Positions 8,795 through 17,666 of a stretch of DNA of 41,850 nt are shown here, piece by piece. The stretch comes from an uncultured Clostridia bacterium. GTDB lineage: Bacteria > Bacillota > Clostridia > Christensenellales > UBA1242. A program made the translations under genes and the position numbers. Each line of letters begins with the position of its first letter. Position 1 is the stretch's first letter. The notes beneath the pieces were generated by a model. The model searched no databases. It was not told the origin of the DNA and saw only the letters and a program-made list of their open reading frames with translations. Location of the stretch: NCBI GenBank assembly GCA_947629505.1, contig CANRDW010000004.1:1-41850 (forward strand), written 5' to 3'.

Positions 8795-8828
8795 AAAGTC
8801 GAGTCAATTTTTAGACTCGGCTTTTTTA
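8795..8828 (+). terminator. Rho-independent terminator closing the phage-like operon
   Basis: AAAGTCGAGTC-aattttta-GACTCGGCTTT followed by a T tract. Confidence 0.8.
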
Positions 8829-8901
8829 TTTTAGAAAATTTTGTTGGCGAATTGCTTGTAAATATTATTTATTTATGATAAAATCTTTATATGGAGGAGT
8901 T

Positions 8902-9252
8902 ATGAAAAAAGTTTTATACACGATTTTGTCAATTTTGTCGATAATATATATTGGCTTTATGTGCGTGGATGTTATTCGCAGAGCAAATCCACAGTTTCTT
9001 GCGGACATGGGCTGGTTTACAAAAATTTATGAGTGCATCGTAAGTTTTGGCGGCATTGCAATCATCTTCTGTTTTGCTCTTGTCAATTTTGCGGGAAGCC
9101 CGCTTAAAACGGTGTTCTTCATTTTGCTTATTGTTGCAATCATCTGCTTTATAATCGTTTCAATTGTTCCAGATTTCTTTTACAATCTTTTTGGTGGAAA
9201 GGCAACAACAGAGGGCGCTGTGAATGCAGCAAGAGTTTTCCTTAAAATGTAA
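8902..9252 (+). CDS. Hypothetical membrane protein (3 TM)
   Basis: GGAGGAG RBS before ATG 8902, three hydrophobic segments, 9 bp before polA. Confidence 0.75.
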   Translation: MKKVLYTILSILSIIYIGFMCVDVIRRANPQFLADMGWFTKIYECIVSFGGIAIIFCFALVNFAGSPLKTVFFILLIVAIICFIIVSIVPDFFYNLFGGKATTEGAVNAARVFLKM

Positions 9253-9261
9253 GGGTGATTT

Positions 9262-11754
9262 GTGAAGAAAATTATTGTTGTTGATGGAAATAGTTTGGCA
9301 AATAGGGCATTCTACGCAATGCCTTATTTATCTAATAGGCAAAAAGAGCCTTCTGGAGCGGTTTTTGGGTTTGCAAATTTGCTTGTAAAACTTATTTCAA
9401 CCACGAGGCCAGACTATATTGCCGTTGCTTTCGACCACGCTCGAAAGACTTTCAGAAATGAAATTTATGCCGATTATAAGGCAAAACGAAAGGAAACTCC
9501 GCCGGATCTTGTTGCACAATTTCCTGTTATTAAAAAAATGTTGGATGTTATGGGCATCAAAATTTTTGAAAAAGCGGGGATTGAAGCGGACGACATTATT
9601 GGCACGATTTCAAGAAACAGCGGCATTGAAAACATCCTTGTTTCTGGGGACAGGGATCTGTTGCAACTTATAAATGACACAACTTCTGTGTGGCTTACAA
9701 GAAAGGGCGTGACTGAAACAGAACTTTTCGACAAAAACAATCTTCAAGAGAAATTTGGTGTGACTGCACAGGGCGTGGTGGAACTTAAAGCGCTCATGGG
9801 CGACCAAAGTGACAATATTCCCGGGATTGCCGGCGTTGGCGAGAAAACGGCATTGTCTTTGATTCAGGAATACGGATCTTTGGATGTGGTGTATGAAAAT
9901 ATATCCAAAATTTCTGGAAAACTGCAAGAAAAACTTTCAAATGGCAAGAATGACGCCTATATGTCAAAACAACTTGCCACAATCAAAACCGATTGTGAAA
10001 TTGGCTTTGATTTAAAGGATTGTGAATATGTCTATCCGTTTTCGCAAGAAGTGAGAGATTTCTTCGATGATTGGGATTTTCGAAGTCTTGTTTCAAGACA
10101 GGATATTTTTGGGCAATATGTCAAAGAAAAGTCAGAAACTGTGAAAATCTGCCTTGAAAACAAACAGGCGTTGTTGTCCTTTAAAGAAAAAATCAAAGAT
10201 GTGCTGTGTTATAACCTTGAAAATATGGAATTTTCAACAAAAGACGGCGAAAATTATTTTATTCAAAAAGAGATAAATTTGTTTTCAAACACGCTTGATT
10301 TGAAAGATGTTTTATTGGAATTTAAAGATGTTTTTGAGGATAAAAACATTTTGAAAATCACAAATTCTTCTAAACAAGATATAAAAATTTTAAAGGATTT
10401 AAACATTCAGTTAAACAACTTTTTTGACCTTGAAATAGCAAGATATGTGCTGTTTGCAGGCTTGCCAAAAGCCCCACTTTTGAAAGTTGAAGAATTTGTG
10501 AAAAACAAAGATATTCTTTTGAAGCAAATGCACGATGAAGGTGTTTTTGAAATTTACAATGAAATTGAAATTCCGCTTGTGAAAATTCTTGCGGATATGG
10601 AAGAAGAGGGCTTTAAAATCAATGAATCTGAATTGGATGTTTTGCAGCAGAAATATGACAGCGAACTTTCCTCTTTGTCGCAGCAAATCTATGCGCTTGC
10701 GGGCGAAACTTTCAATATAAACTCGCCAAAACAGGTTGCAAACATTTTGTTTGACAAACTTGGATTGAAAAGTTTTAACAACAAAAAACAATCCACAAAT
10801 TTTGCTGTTTTGGATGAGATGAGGTGGCAGCATGAGATTGTTGAACTTATCATCTCACACAGAAAACTTTCCAAACTTGTCAGCACTTATATAAATGTTT
10901 ACAAGCGAATTTGTGACGCGAGTGGCCCTGTTGTGCACACTGTTTTCAATCAAACTCTCACTTCAACGGGCAGGCTTTCAAGCAGTGAGCCAAACATGCA
11001 AAACATTCCAACGCGAAATGAAGAGGGGCGCAACCTTCGAAAAATCTTCATTTCAAAATATGATGACGGTCGAATAATCTCGGCGGACTACAATCAAATT
11101 GAACTGAGGCTTCTTGCCAATATGGCACAGGAAGAGAGTATGATTGATGCTTATAAGCATGGCGTGGATATTCACACAAAAACTGCGAGTGAAATTTTTG
11201 GCGTGCCGGTTGAAAAAGTGACAGCAGAGCAGCGCCGCGATGCAAAAGCGGTCAATTTTGGCATAATTTATGGAATTTCCGATTTTGGACTTTCTCAAAA
11301 CATTAAATCAAGCAGAAACAAGGCAAAAAACTATATTGAAAACTATTTCAATCGTTATCCAAAAATCAAAGTGTTTATGGACAAAAATGTCAATTTTGCA
11401 AAGGAGCATGGGTTTGTGCGCTCTTATTTTGGCAGAATTAGGCATATTCCAGAAATCAAAGCATCAAATGTCATGGTCAGAAAGTTTGGAGAGCGCGTTG
11501 CCATGAACATGCCACTTCAAGGCACGGCATCTGATATCATCAAAAAGGCGATGGTGGAGGTTGGAAAGCGTCTTGAGGGCATGGATAGTCATGTTATTTT
11601 GCAAATTCATGACGAACTTATTGTCGATTGTCCGCGTGACGAAGTTGAAAAAGTTGAGCGCATTTTAAAAGAATGCATGGAAAATGTTTGCAGTTTTGAA
11701 GTGCCACTGACTGTGTCTGTAAGCAGCGGCAAAAATCTTTTTGAATGTAAATAA
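9262..11754 (+). CDS. polA: DNA polymerase I
   Basis: 5'-3' exonuclease (VDGNSL, EADDIIG, GDRDLLQL), TGRLSS.EPNMQNIP, motif A ADYNQIELR, motif B KAVNFGIIYG, motif C QIHDEL. Confidence 0.97.
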   Translation: MKKIIVVDGNSLANRAFYAMPYLSNRQKEPSGAVFGFANLLVKLISTTRPDYIAVAFDHARKTFRNEIYADYKAKRKETPPDLVAQFPVIKKMLDVMGIKIFEKAGIEADDIIGTISRNSGIENILVSGDRDLLQLINDTTSVWLTRKGVTETELFDKNNLQEKFGVTAQGVVELKALMGDQSDNIPGIAGVGEKTALSLIQEYGSLDVVYENISKISGKLQEKLSNGKNDAYMSKQLATIKTDCEIGFDLKDCEYVYPFSQEVRDFFDDWDFRSLVSRQDIFGQYVKEKSETVKICLENKQALLSFKEKIKDVLCYNLENMEFSTKDGENYFIQKEINLFSNTLDLKDVLLEFKDVFEDKNILKITNSSKQDIKILKDLNIQLNNFFDLEIARYVLFAGLPKAPLLKVEEFVKNKDILLKQMHDEGVFEIYNEIEIPLVKILADMEEEGFKINESELDVLQQKYDSELSSLSQQIYALAGETFNINSPKQVANILFDKLGLKSFNNKKQSTNFAVLDEMRWQHEIVELIISHRKLSKLVSTYINVYKRICDASGPVVHTVFNQTLTSTGRLSSSEPNMQNIPTRNEEGRNLRKIFISKYDDGRIISADYNQIELRLLANMAQEESMIDAYKHGVDIHTKTASEIFGVPVEKVTAEQRRDAKAVNFGIIYGISDFGLSQNIKSSRNKAKNYIENYFNRYPKIKVFMDKNVNFAKEHGFVRSYFGRIRHIPEIKASNVMVRKFGERVAMNMPLQGTASDIIKKAMVEVGKRLEGMDSHVILQIHDELIVDCPRDEVEKVERILKECMENVCSFEVPLTVSVSSGKNLFECK

Positions 11755-11816
11755 AAAAATTTTATTATTTTATTTGACTAATTTGCAAAATTTAGATAAA
11801 ATAAGAATGGTGATAT

Positions 11817-12242
11817 ATGCAATATTCAAGACTTATGGGGTTAGATTATGGAAAAACAAGGATTGGCGTGGCATTCACGGATTTGTCCGCTACAATCGCA
11901 ACGGCTGACCATATCTACAAATCTTGTGGGCTTGAAAAAGATATTTGCTATTTCGCCAACTTGATTAAGGAGAAATCTGTAAGCAAGGTTGTGTTTGGGC
12001 TTCCGCTTAACACTGACGGAACTGAATGCGAAATGACGGCTGTGGTCAAAGATTTTGCCGAACAACTTGCAAAAGCCACAAATGTTGGAATTGCCTTTCA
12101 GGACGAGCGCTACACATCTTTGGAAGCAGAAGAACTTTTAAAAGAAGCCAAAATCAAGTGGGAGAAGCGAAAGGAACTTTTAGATAAAGTTTCAGCGCAA
12201 ATAATATTGCAAAATTATCTGAACGAAAATCCAAAAAAATAA
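11817..12242 (+). CDS. ruvX: Holliday junction resolvase-like RuvX/YqgF
   Basis: GLDYGKTRIGVA, GLPLN.DG, DERYTS, DKVSAQIILQNYL. Confidence 0.93.
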   Translation: MQYSRLMGLDYGKTRIGVAFTDLSATIATADHIYKSCGLEKDICYFANLIKEKSVSKVVFGLPLNTDGTECEMTAVVKDFAEQLAKATNVGIAFQDERYTSLEAEELLKEAKIKWEKRKELLDKVSAQIILQNYLNENPKK

Positions 12243-12254
12243 AGGAGAAAGATT

Positions 12255-12638
12255 ATGGATAAGAAAAAAATTCAGAAAATTGAAGAAGTTTCAGACAAAG
12301 TTGAAGAAGAACTTGCCAACTTGGACATTATTGACATTCTTTTGGATGAGGACAACAAAGATCCAATCGTTTTAGTTGACGGAAACGGCAGAAGATTGTC
12401 TTTTGAACAAATTGCGGTTATTCCTTACAACGACAAACTCTATGCAATTTTAAAGCCAATCGACCATATTGACAATGTTGAGGACGATGAAGCAATCGTG
12501 TTCTATGTTCAAGAAGAAAGAGGCAAAGACCCTGTTTTGATGGTTGAAACTGATGAAAAAGTTGCAATCGATGTATTTGAAGAATACTACAACCTTCTTG
12601 ATGAAGCCGAAGACAAAAAGAAGAAAAAGAAAAAATAA
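12255..12638 (+). CDS. DUF1292-like acidic protein
   Basis: Typical position after ruvX, I.L.D..G....FE..A.I.Y..K.YAIL pattern. Confidence 0.7.
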   Translation: MDKKKIQKIEEVSDKVEEELANLDIIDILLDEDNKDPIVLVDGNGRRLSFEQIAVIPYNDKLYAILKPIDHIDNVEDDEAIVFYVQEERGKDPVLMVETDEKVAIDVFEEYYNLLDEAEDKKKKKKK

Positions 12639-12714
12639 TTATTTGAATAATTTTACCTCTTTTTGACAAAATATAATTACAAGGTTATATGCCTTGAAAA
12701 AGGGAGGTAAAACT

Positions 12715-12867
12715 ATGTTTGGTAGAAAAAAGGCAAAGATGAAAAACAGCGAAGCCGCTATGGAAAGCACAAACTCTTCTGCTAAGTCCAAAACATCAAA
12801 CTGTGGTGCGAAGGCTAAATGCGGAAGTTGTGGAAAGAAAAAGTCTTCTGCAAAAGCGAGCAAATAG
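12715..12867 (+). CDS. Small basic Lys/Ser/Ala-rich protein, 50 aa (not in the ORF track)
   Basis: AGGGAGG RBS at 12701-12707. Sequence MFGRKKAKMKNSEAAMESTNSSAKSKTSNCGAKAKCGSCGKKKSSAKASK, followed by a terminator. Confidence 0.7.
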   Translation: MFGRKKAKMKNSEAAMESTNSSAKSKTSNCGAKAKCGSCGKKKSSAKASK

Positions 12868-12880
12868 TTTAAACCTGCTT

Positions 12881-12914
12881 AAAAAACCACACATTTTTTT
12901 TGTGTGGCTTTTTT
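12881..12914. terminator. Bidirectional terminator
   Basis: A6-CCACACA-ttttttt-TGTGTGG-C-T tract between convergent genes. Confidence 0.7.
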
Positions 12915-13767
12915 ATATCTTCCAATCGTCTGGAAAGTCAACCGAGATGTTGATTTGCTGCTTTGTGCGGAAATGCTCAAAAGAAATTTCCTTTAAAATC
13001 AAAAAAGCGTGTTCTTGGGCGTTTCCATATATGCTATCGCCAACGATTGCATGACCGCAAGAGGCCATGTGCAAGCGAATTTGATGAGTTCTGCCCGTTT
13101 CCAATTTGAATTTAGCAAGACAGGTGTTTTCATAATTTTTCACAGGGAAAACATGTGTGATTGCGGGCTTTCCTTCGCTTGAGATGATGCGTTTATGCTC
13201 ATTAACTCCGTCTTTTGCCACGGTTAAAATTGGCTTGTTGATGGAAAATGGGCTGTCAAGGTTGCCTTCGCAGAGGGCATAATAAGTTTTGTTCAGTTTG
13301 ATTTTGTTGTAGGCAAGCACATTCTTTGCAATCACAACAATTCCTGCCGTTTCTCTGTCCAAGCGACCGACAATTCTCAGCACAAAATTTTTGTCCTTTT
13401 CAAGCATATATTTCATGACTTGTCCGCCAAGATTGTCATAGAAATGCGAGCGACTTGGCGTGCTGGAGAGATTGTGCGGCTTGTTGACGATGAAATAATC
13501 ATCATCTTCAAACAGAATATTGAGTTTGCCGTCACAAAGGGCGATGTCAGTCGATTTGTTTGGGCTTTTTAAAATTTCCAAAACGTCATTTTTGCTGATT
13601 TTTGCTCTAATATTCACAAATTGCCCATTCAATTTTATTGAATTTGGAGTGTTTCGCAGATTTTTGATGTAATTTTCCGAAAATTTAAGATTTTTGAGAA
13701 AAAAATAAACAGTGTTCTGTTTTAAGTTTTGCAAATCGTCAATTTCAATTCTTTCAAACTCTGTCAT
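12913..13767 (-). CDS. RluA/RluD-family pseudouridine synthase
   Basis: VNKPHNL, GRLDRETAG (catalytic Asp), LETGRTHQIRLH, GHAIVGD..YG. Confidence 0.92.
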   Translation of the reverse strand: MTEFERIEIDDLQNLKQNTVYFFLKNLKFSENYIKNLRNTPNSIKLNGQFVNIRAKISKNDVLEILKSPNKSTDIALCDGKLNILFEDDDYFIVNKPHNLSSTPSRSHFYDNLGGQVMKYMLEKDKNFVLRIVGRLDRETAGIVVIAKNVLAYNKIKLNKTYYALCEGNLDSPFSINKPILTVAKDGVNEHKRIISSEGKPAITHVFPVKNYENTCLAKFKLETGRTHQIRLHMASCGHAIVGDSIYGNAQEHAFLILKEISFEHFRTKQQINISVDFPDDWKI

Positions 13768-13822
13768 AACACTATTTTATCACACTTTGCCGTGTGCTGG
13801 CAAATAAATTGCTTAAATTTGG

Positions 13823-13851
13823 TTGACTTAAAAGATTTTATATGTTAGAAT
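13823..13851 (+). promoter_or_regulatory. Sigma-A promoter of the pheST leader
   Basis: TTGACT-17 bp-TAGAAT with extended TG. Confidence 0.75.
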
Positions 13852-13860
13852 ATTTCCATT

Positions 13861-14098
13861 AAAGGCGAAGATAAAAGACAAGTAAATTTTGTGCGTTTCT
13901 TCCAGAGAGTCTGTGGCGCTGAAATACAGACAGAAACAGCAATTTTGAATTCACTTTTTAAGCCGCACTTTGAAGGCGTTTGCTGTGTAGGAGTTGCCGT
14001 TTGCGCTGCGTAAAAGCGTTTAATGAGGCAGAAGTTTTCTGCGAAGTTAGGTGGTACCACGATTTTTCAGTCGTCCTAATATTTGGGGCGATTTTTTT
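13861..14098 (+). promoter_or_regulatory. T-box riboswitch (Phe specifier)
   Basis: AGTA, AGAGA and GCTGAAA stem I motifs. GAA-TTC specifier (TTC = Phe at 13950-13952). T-box AGGTGGTACCACG, terminator TCGTCCTAA...TTGGGGCGA plus T tract, upstream of pheS. Confidence 0.93.
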
Positions 14099-14109
14099 AT
14101 GGAGGGGAA

Positions 14110-15129
14110 ATGAAAAAGAAACTTGAACAAATCAAAGAGAATGCAATTAAAGAGATAAAGGCGCTTGATGGGCTTAAAGAACTTGATGAAGTGCGTGTGA
14201 AATATCTTGGGAAAACGGGAGAACTCACTGCAATTTTGCGCGGGATGAAAGATGTTCCTGCAGAGGATAGGCGTGAGGTTGGAAGCCTTGCCAATATGGT
14301 GAGAGAGAGCATTGAAAAAGCGCTGTCACAAAAATGGGCTGACCTTGAAAACGCACAACTTCTTGCCGATATGGAAAAGGAAAAAGTTGACATAACCTTG
14401 CCAAGCACGGGGACTAAAAAGGGAAGTCTTCATCCTTTGACACGCTTCAACAACAAATTTATGGAAATTTGCGTGGAGATGGGCTTCACAGTGATTCAAG
14501 GGCCGGAGATTGAAACGGATTATTACAATTTCGAAGCATTAAATGTGCCAAAAAACCATCCAGCACGCGATATGCAGGATTCTTTCTACATCACGGACAA
14601 CATTTTGATGCGCACACAAACTTCAAATATGCAAATTCGTGCCATGGAGAAAATGAAGCCTCCTTTCAAGGTTGTTTGTCCGGGCAGGGTGTATAGAAAT
14701 GACAGCGACAGTTCGCATTCGCCAATCTTTAATCAATTTGAGGCGCTTGTCATTGATGAAAACATTGGAATGAAAGATTTGATGTTTATGATAAAAGAAA
14801 TTCTTAAAAAACTTTATGGGGATGACATAAAAATCAGAGTGCGTCCATCATATTTCCCATTCACAGAGCCTTCAATTGAAATTGATGCAACATGTCAGAT
14901 GTGTCAGGGCAAAGGCTGCAATCTTTGCAAAGGCACAGGCTTTTCAGAATTTTTTGCAGCAGGCATTGTCAATCCAAAAGTTTTGGAAATGAGCGGAATT
15001 GACAGCAAAAAATACAGCGGCTTTGCTTTTGGGCCGGGGATTGACAGAAGCGTTATGGTGACAAACAAAATTCCAAACATCAAATATTTGTTTAGAAATG
15101 ATATGCGTTTCTTAAAACAGATGAGATAA
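14110..15129 (+). CDS. pheS: Phenylalanine-tRNA ligase alpha subunit
   Basis: HPARDMQDSFY, PGRVYR.D, RPSYFPFTEPS, C-x2-C-x4-C-x2-C, GFAFG. Confidence 0.97.
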   Translation: MKKKLEQIKENAIKEIKALDGLKELDEVRVKYLGKTGELTAILRGMKDVPAEDRREVGSLANMVRESIEKALSQKWADLENAQLLADMEKEKVDITLPSTGTKKGSLHPLTRFNNKFMEICVEMGFTVIQGPEIETDYYNFEALNVPKNHPARDMQDSFYITDNILMRTQTSNMQIRAMEKMKPPFKVVCPGRVYRNDSDSSHSPIFNQFEALVIDENIGMKDLMFMIKEILKKLYGDDIKIRVRPSYFPFTEPSIEIDATCQMCQGKGCNLCKGTGFSEFFAAGIVNPKVLEMSGIDSKKYSGFAFGPGIDRSVMVTNKIPNIKYLFRNDMRFLKQMR

Positions 15130-15130
15130 C

Positions 15131-15173
15131 ATATTTTGTGGTGGTATGCATTGCATACTACACCATATCTTGT
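15131..15173. repeat. Intergenic palindromic repeat, copy 1
   Basis: GTGGTATGCA-t-TGCATACTAC followed by ACCATATCTTGT. Confidence 0.6.
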
Positions 15174-15193
15174 AATTTAAAGGAGATTTGATT

Positions 15194-17608
15194 ATGAAAG
15201 TTACGTATAATTGGCTGAATGACTTTGTGGATTTGAAAGGAATTTCACCAGAAGAAGTTGCAAAAAAATTGACTGTTTGTGGCTTTGAAGTTGAGGATGT
15301 CATCTATTTAAACAAGCATCTTCATGATGTCTATGTTGGACATATTGACAAGATTGAAAAACATCCAGAGGCGGACAGACTTGTGGTTTGCCAAGTTGAT
15401 GTTGGCTTTAAAAAAGTGCAAATCATCACATCTGCCACTAACGTGTTTGAGGGTGCAAATGTTCCTGTTTCTTTGGATGGAGCCGATCTTGCAAATGGAG
15501 TGAAGATTAAGCCTACAAATTTCAGAGGCATTCAAAGTGATGGAATGTTTTGCTCGGGCGAAGAACTTGGCATCGATGAAAATTATTTTGAGGGTGCTGG
15601 GGTCAATGGAATTTTGATTTTGCCATCTTCATTTAAGGCGGGTGATAAAATTGAGGATGCTTTGATGCTCAACGATGTTGTTTTTGACATCAATGTCACG
15701 CCAAATCGTCCAGATTGCAACAGCGTTGTTGGAATTGCACATGAAATCTGCGCCATTTTCGGGCTGCCTTTTAAAGATTTTGATGTTTCTTATAAGACTG
15801 TTGGGGGAAATGTAAACAACTTTATTTCAGTTGATGTTCAAACAAAAAACTGTCCAAGATATATGGCGGCTTATGTAAAAAACATCAAACTTGAACGCAG
15901 CCCACTTTGGCTTAGAAGCAGGCTTTTTGGCGTTGATATTAAAACAATAAACACAATGGTTGACATTACAAACTACATTTTGATTGAACAAGGTCAGCCG
16001 ATGCACGCTTTCGATTATCGTTATCTTGACGGCAAAAAGATTGTTGTGCGTCAGGCAAAACAGGGCGAAAAACTTGCCGTTTTAAATGGAAACACCTATG
16101 ATCTTGACGAAGATGTTATGGTGATTGCTGATGAAAACAAGCCTGTTGTTATTGCGGGAACAATTGGCGGAGTGAACAGCGCTGTTGCAGATGACACAAC
16201 TGAAAGTGTGTTTGAATGCGCGGTGTTTGACCTTAAAAGTGTGAGATTGACTGCCAAAAAATTTGGACTTAGAACAGACTCTTCCGCAAGATATGAAAAA
16301 GGCGTGAACATCAACTCTCCAACCTTGGCACTTAGGCGCGCGCTTCATCTTGTAAATCAACTCCATTGCGGAGAAATTGTGGACGGAATTATTGACAAGT
16401 GTTCTAAAAAACTTGGCGAAACAGAAACTTTAAACATTTCTTATTCCAAGGTTTGCAAAATTCTTGGTGTGGACATTCCAAAAGAGAAGATGCTGCAAAT
16501 TTTAAATGGGCTTGGCATAGTCACAACATTTAAAGGCGAGGATGTGATGATTTGCAAGCCTCCAATTCTTCGCGAGGACATCAAAAACGCCAACGATATT
16601 GCCGAAGAAGTGATCAGAATTTATGGCTATGATGTTTACAGTGACATGAAAGGCGGGCTTTTTGAAAATTGCACAACCACAATCGGACAATTTGAGCCGC
16701 GTCTTGTTATGGAAAACAATTTTAAAAACATTCTTGTTGACGCAGGCTTTTATGAAACTTTGAACTATTCACTTTACACGGCATCTGCTTGTGATAAACT
16801 TCTTATTCCAGAGAATGACGAACGCAGAAAAGTGATTAAAATTGCAAATCCAATCAGCGAAGATATGTCAACTGTCAGAACAGTTATGGCTCACGCACTT
16901 TTGTTGGATGTGGCATACAATCTTTCAGTGGGAAACAAAGATTTGAGATTTTTTGAAACCGGGAGGGTGTATTTGCCAAAAGAATTGCCACTGAAAGAAC
17001 TTCCTGTTGAAAACAACAGACTTTCATTTGCAGTTTGCGAGCAAGGTTATGACTTTTTCAAACTTAAAGGTGTGGTTGAAAATTTGCTTATTGGCACATC
17101 GCTTTCATACACGCTTAAACGCAGTGCGCAGCCATATCTTCACAGCGGAGTGAGTGCAGATATCGTTGCTGAAGATGGCGCAATAGTTGGCCATTTTGGG
17201 AAAATCCACAAGAGCGTGCTTAAAAATTATGACATAACTTCAGATGTATATTATGGCGAACTTGACACAGATTATCTTGCATCTCTTCCAGAAAAGGCGT
17301 ATGCAACAAAAGAAATCTCAAAATTTCCTGCGGTTGAGAGAGATATTGCCATTGTTGTGGATGAAAATATTGACAACGCAACCTTGACGTCAGCAATAAA
17401 ATCTGCTTGTGGAAAAATTTTCTATGACGTTCAACTTTTTGATGTGTATAGAAGTGAGGCGCTTGGCGAGGGCAAAAAGAGCATGGCTTACAAGATTGTG
17501 TTTATGAGTGAAGAGAAAACTTTGACGGGTGATGAAATCACCGCTCAGGTGAATAAAGTTGTTAGAACTTTGGAATACAAGTTTGGCGCAAAACTTAGAG
17601 AGATTTAG
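15194..17608 (+). CDS. pheT: Phenylalanine-tRNA ligase beta subunit
   Basis: HPEADRL, TPNRPDC, GQPMHAFD, SSARYEKG, EEVIRIYGY, SKFPAVERDIA. Confidence 0.97.
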   Translation: MKVTYNWLNDFVDLKGISPEEVAKKLTVCGFEVEDVIYLNKHLHDVYVGHIDKIEKHPEADRLVVCQVDVGFKKVQIITSATNVFEGANVPVSLDGADLANGVKIKPTNFRGIQSDGMFCSGEELGIDENYFEGAGVNGILILPSSFKAGDKIEDALMLNDVVFDINVTPNRPDCNSVVGIAHEICAIFGLPFKDFDVSYKTVGGNVNNFISVDVQTKNCPRYMAAYVKNIKLERSPLWLRSRLFGVDIKTINTMVDITNYILIEQGQPMHAFDYRYLDGKKIVVRQAKQGEKLAVLNGNTYDLDEDVMVIADENKPVVIAGTIGGVNSAVADDTTESVFECAVFDLKSVRLTAKKFGLRTDSSARYEKGVNINSPTLALRRALHLVNQLHCGEIVDGIIDKCSKKLGETETLNISYSKVCKILGVDIPKEKMLQILNGLGIVTTFKGEDVMICKPPILREDIKNANDIAEEVIRIYGYDVYSDMKGGLFENCTTTIGQFEPRLVMENNFKNILVDAGFYETLNYSLYTASACDKLLIPENDERRKVIKIANPISEDMSTVRTVMAHALLLDVAYNLSVGNKDLRFFETGRVYLPKELPLKELPVENNRLSFAVCEQGYDFFKLKGVVENLLIGTSLSYTLKRSAQPYLHSGVSADIVAEDGAIVGHFGKIHKSVLKNYDITSDVYYGELDTDYLASLPEKAYATKEISKFPAVERDIAIVVDENIDNATLTSAIKSACGKIFYDVQLFDVYRSEALGEGKKSMAYKIVFMSEEKTLTGDEITAQVNKVVRTLEYKFGAKLREI

Positions 17609-17657
17609 TGGTGTTATGCAATAAAACTCATTGCATACTACACAATATATTGTGTTT
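17606..17657. repeat. Intergenic palindromic repeat, copy 2
   Basis: GTGTTATGCAAT...ATTGCATACTACACAATATATTGTGT. Confidence 0.6.
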
Positions 17658-17666
17658 GGAGTGAAA

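Noticed and set aside
10100-10560. Shortened, non-catalytic 3'-5' exonuclease region of PolA as a novelty
   Set aside because: A vestigial proofreading domain is normal for Firmicutes PolA.
12639-13054. ORFs 12639..12863 (-) and 12803..13054 (+)
   Set aside because: They are shadows of the RBS-supported 50-aa ORF and of the pseudouridine synthase gene.
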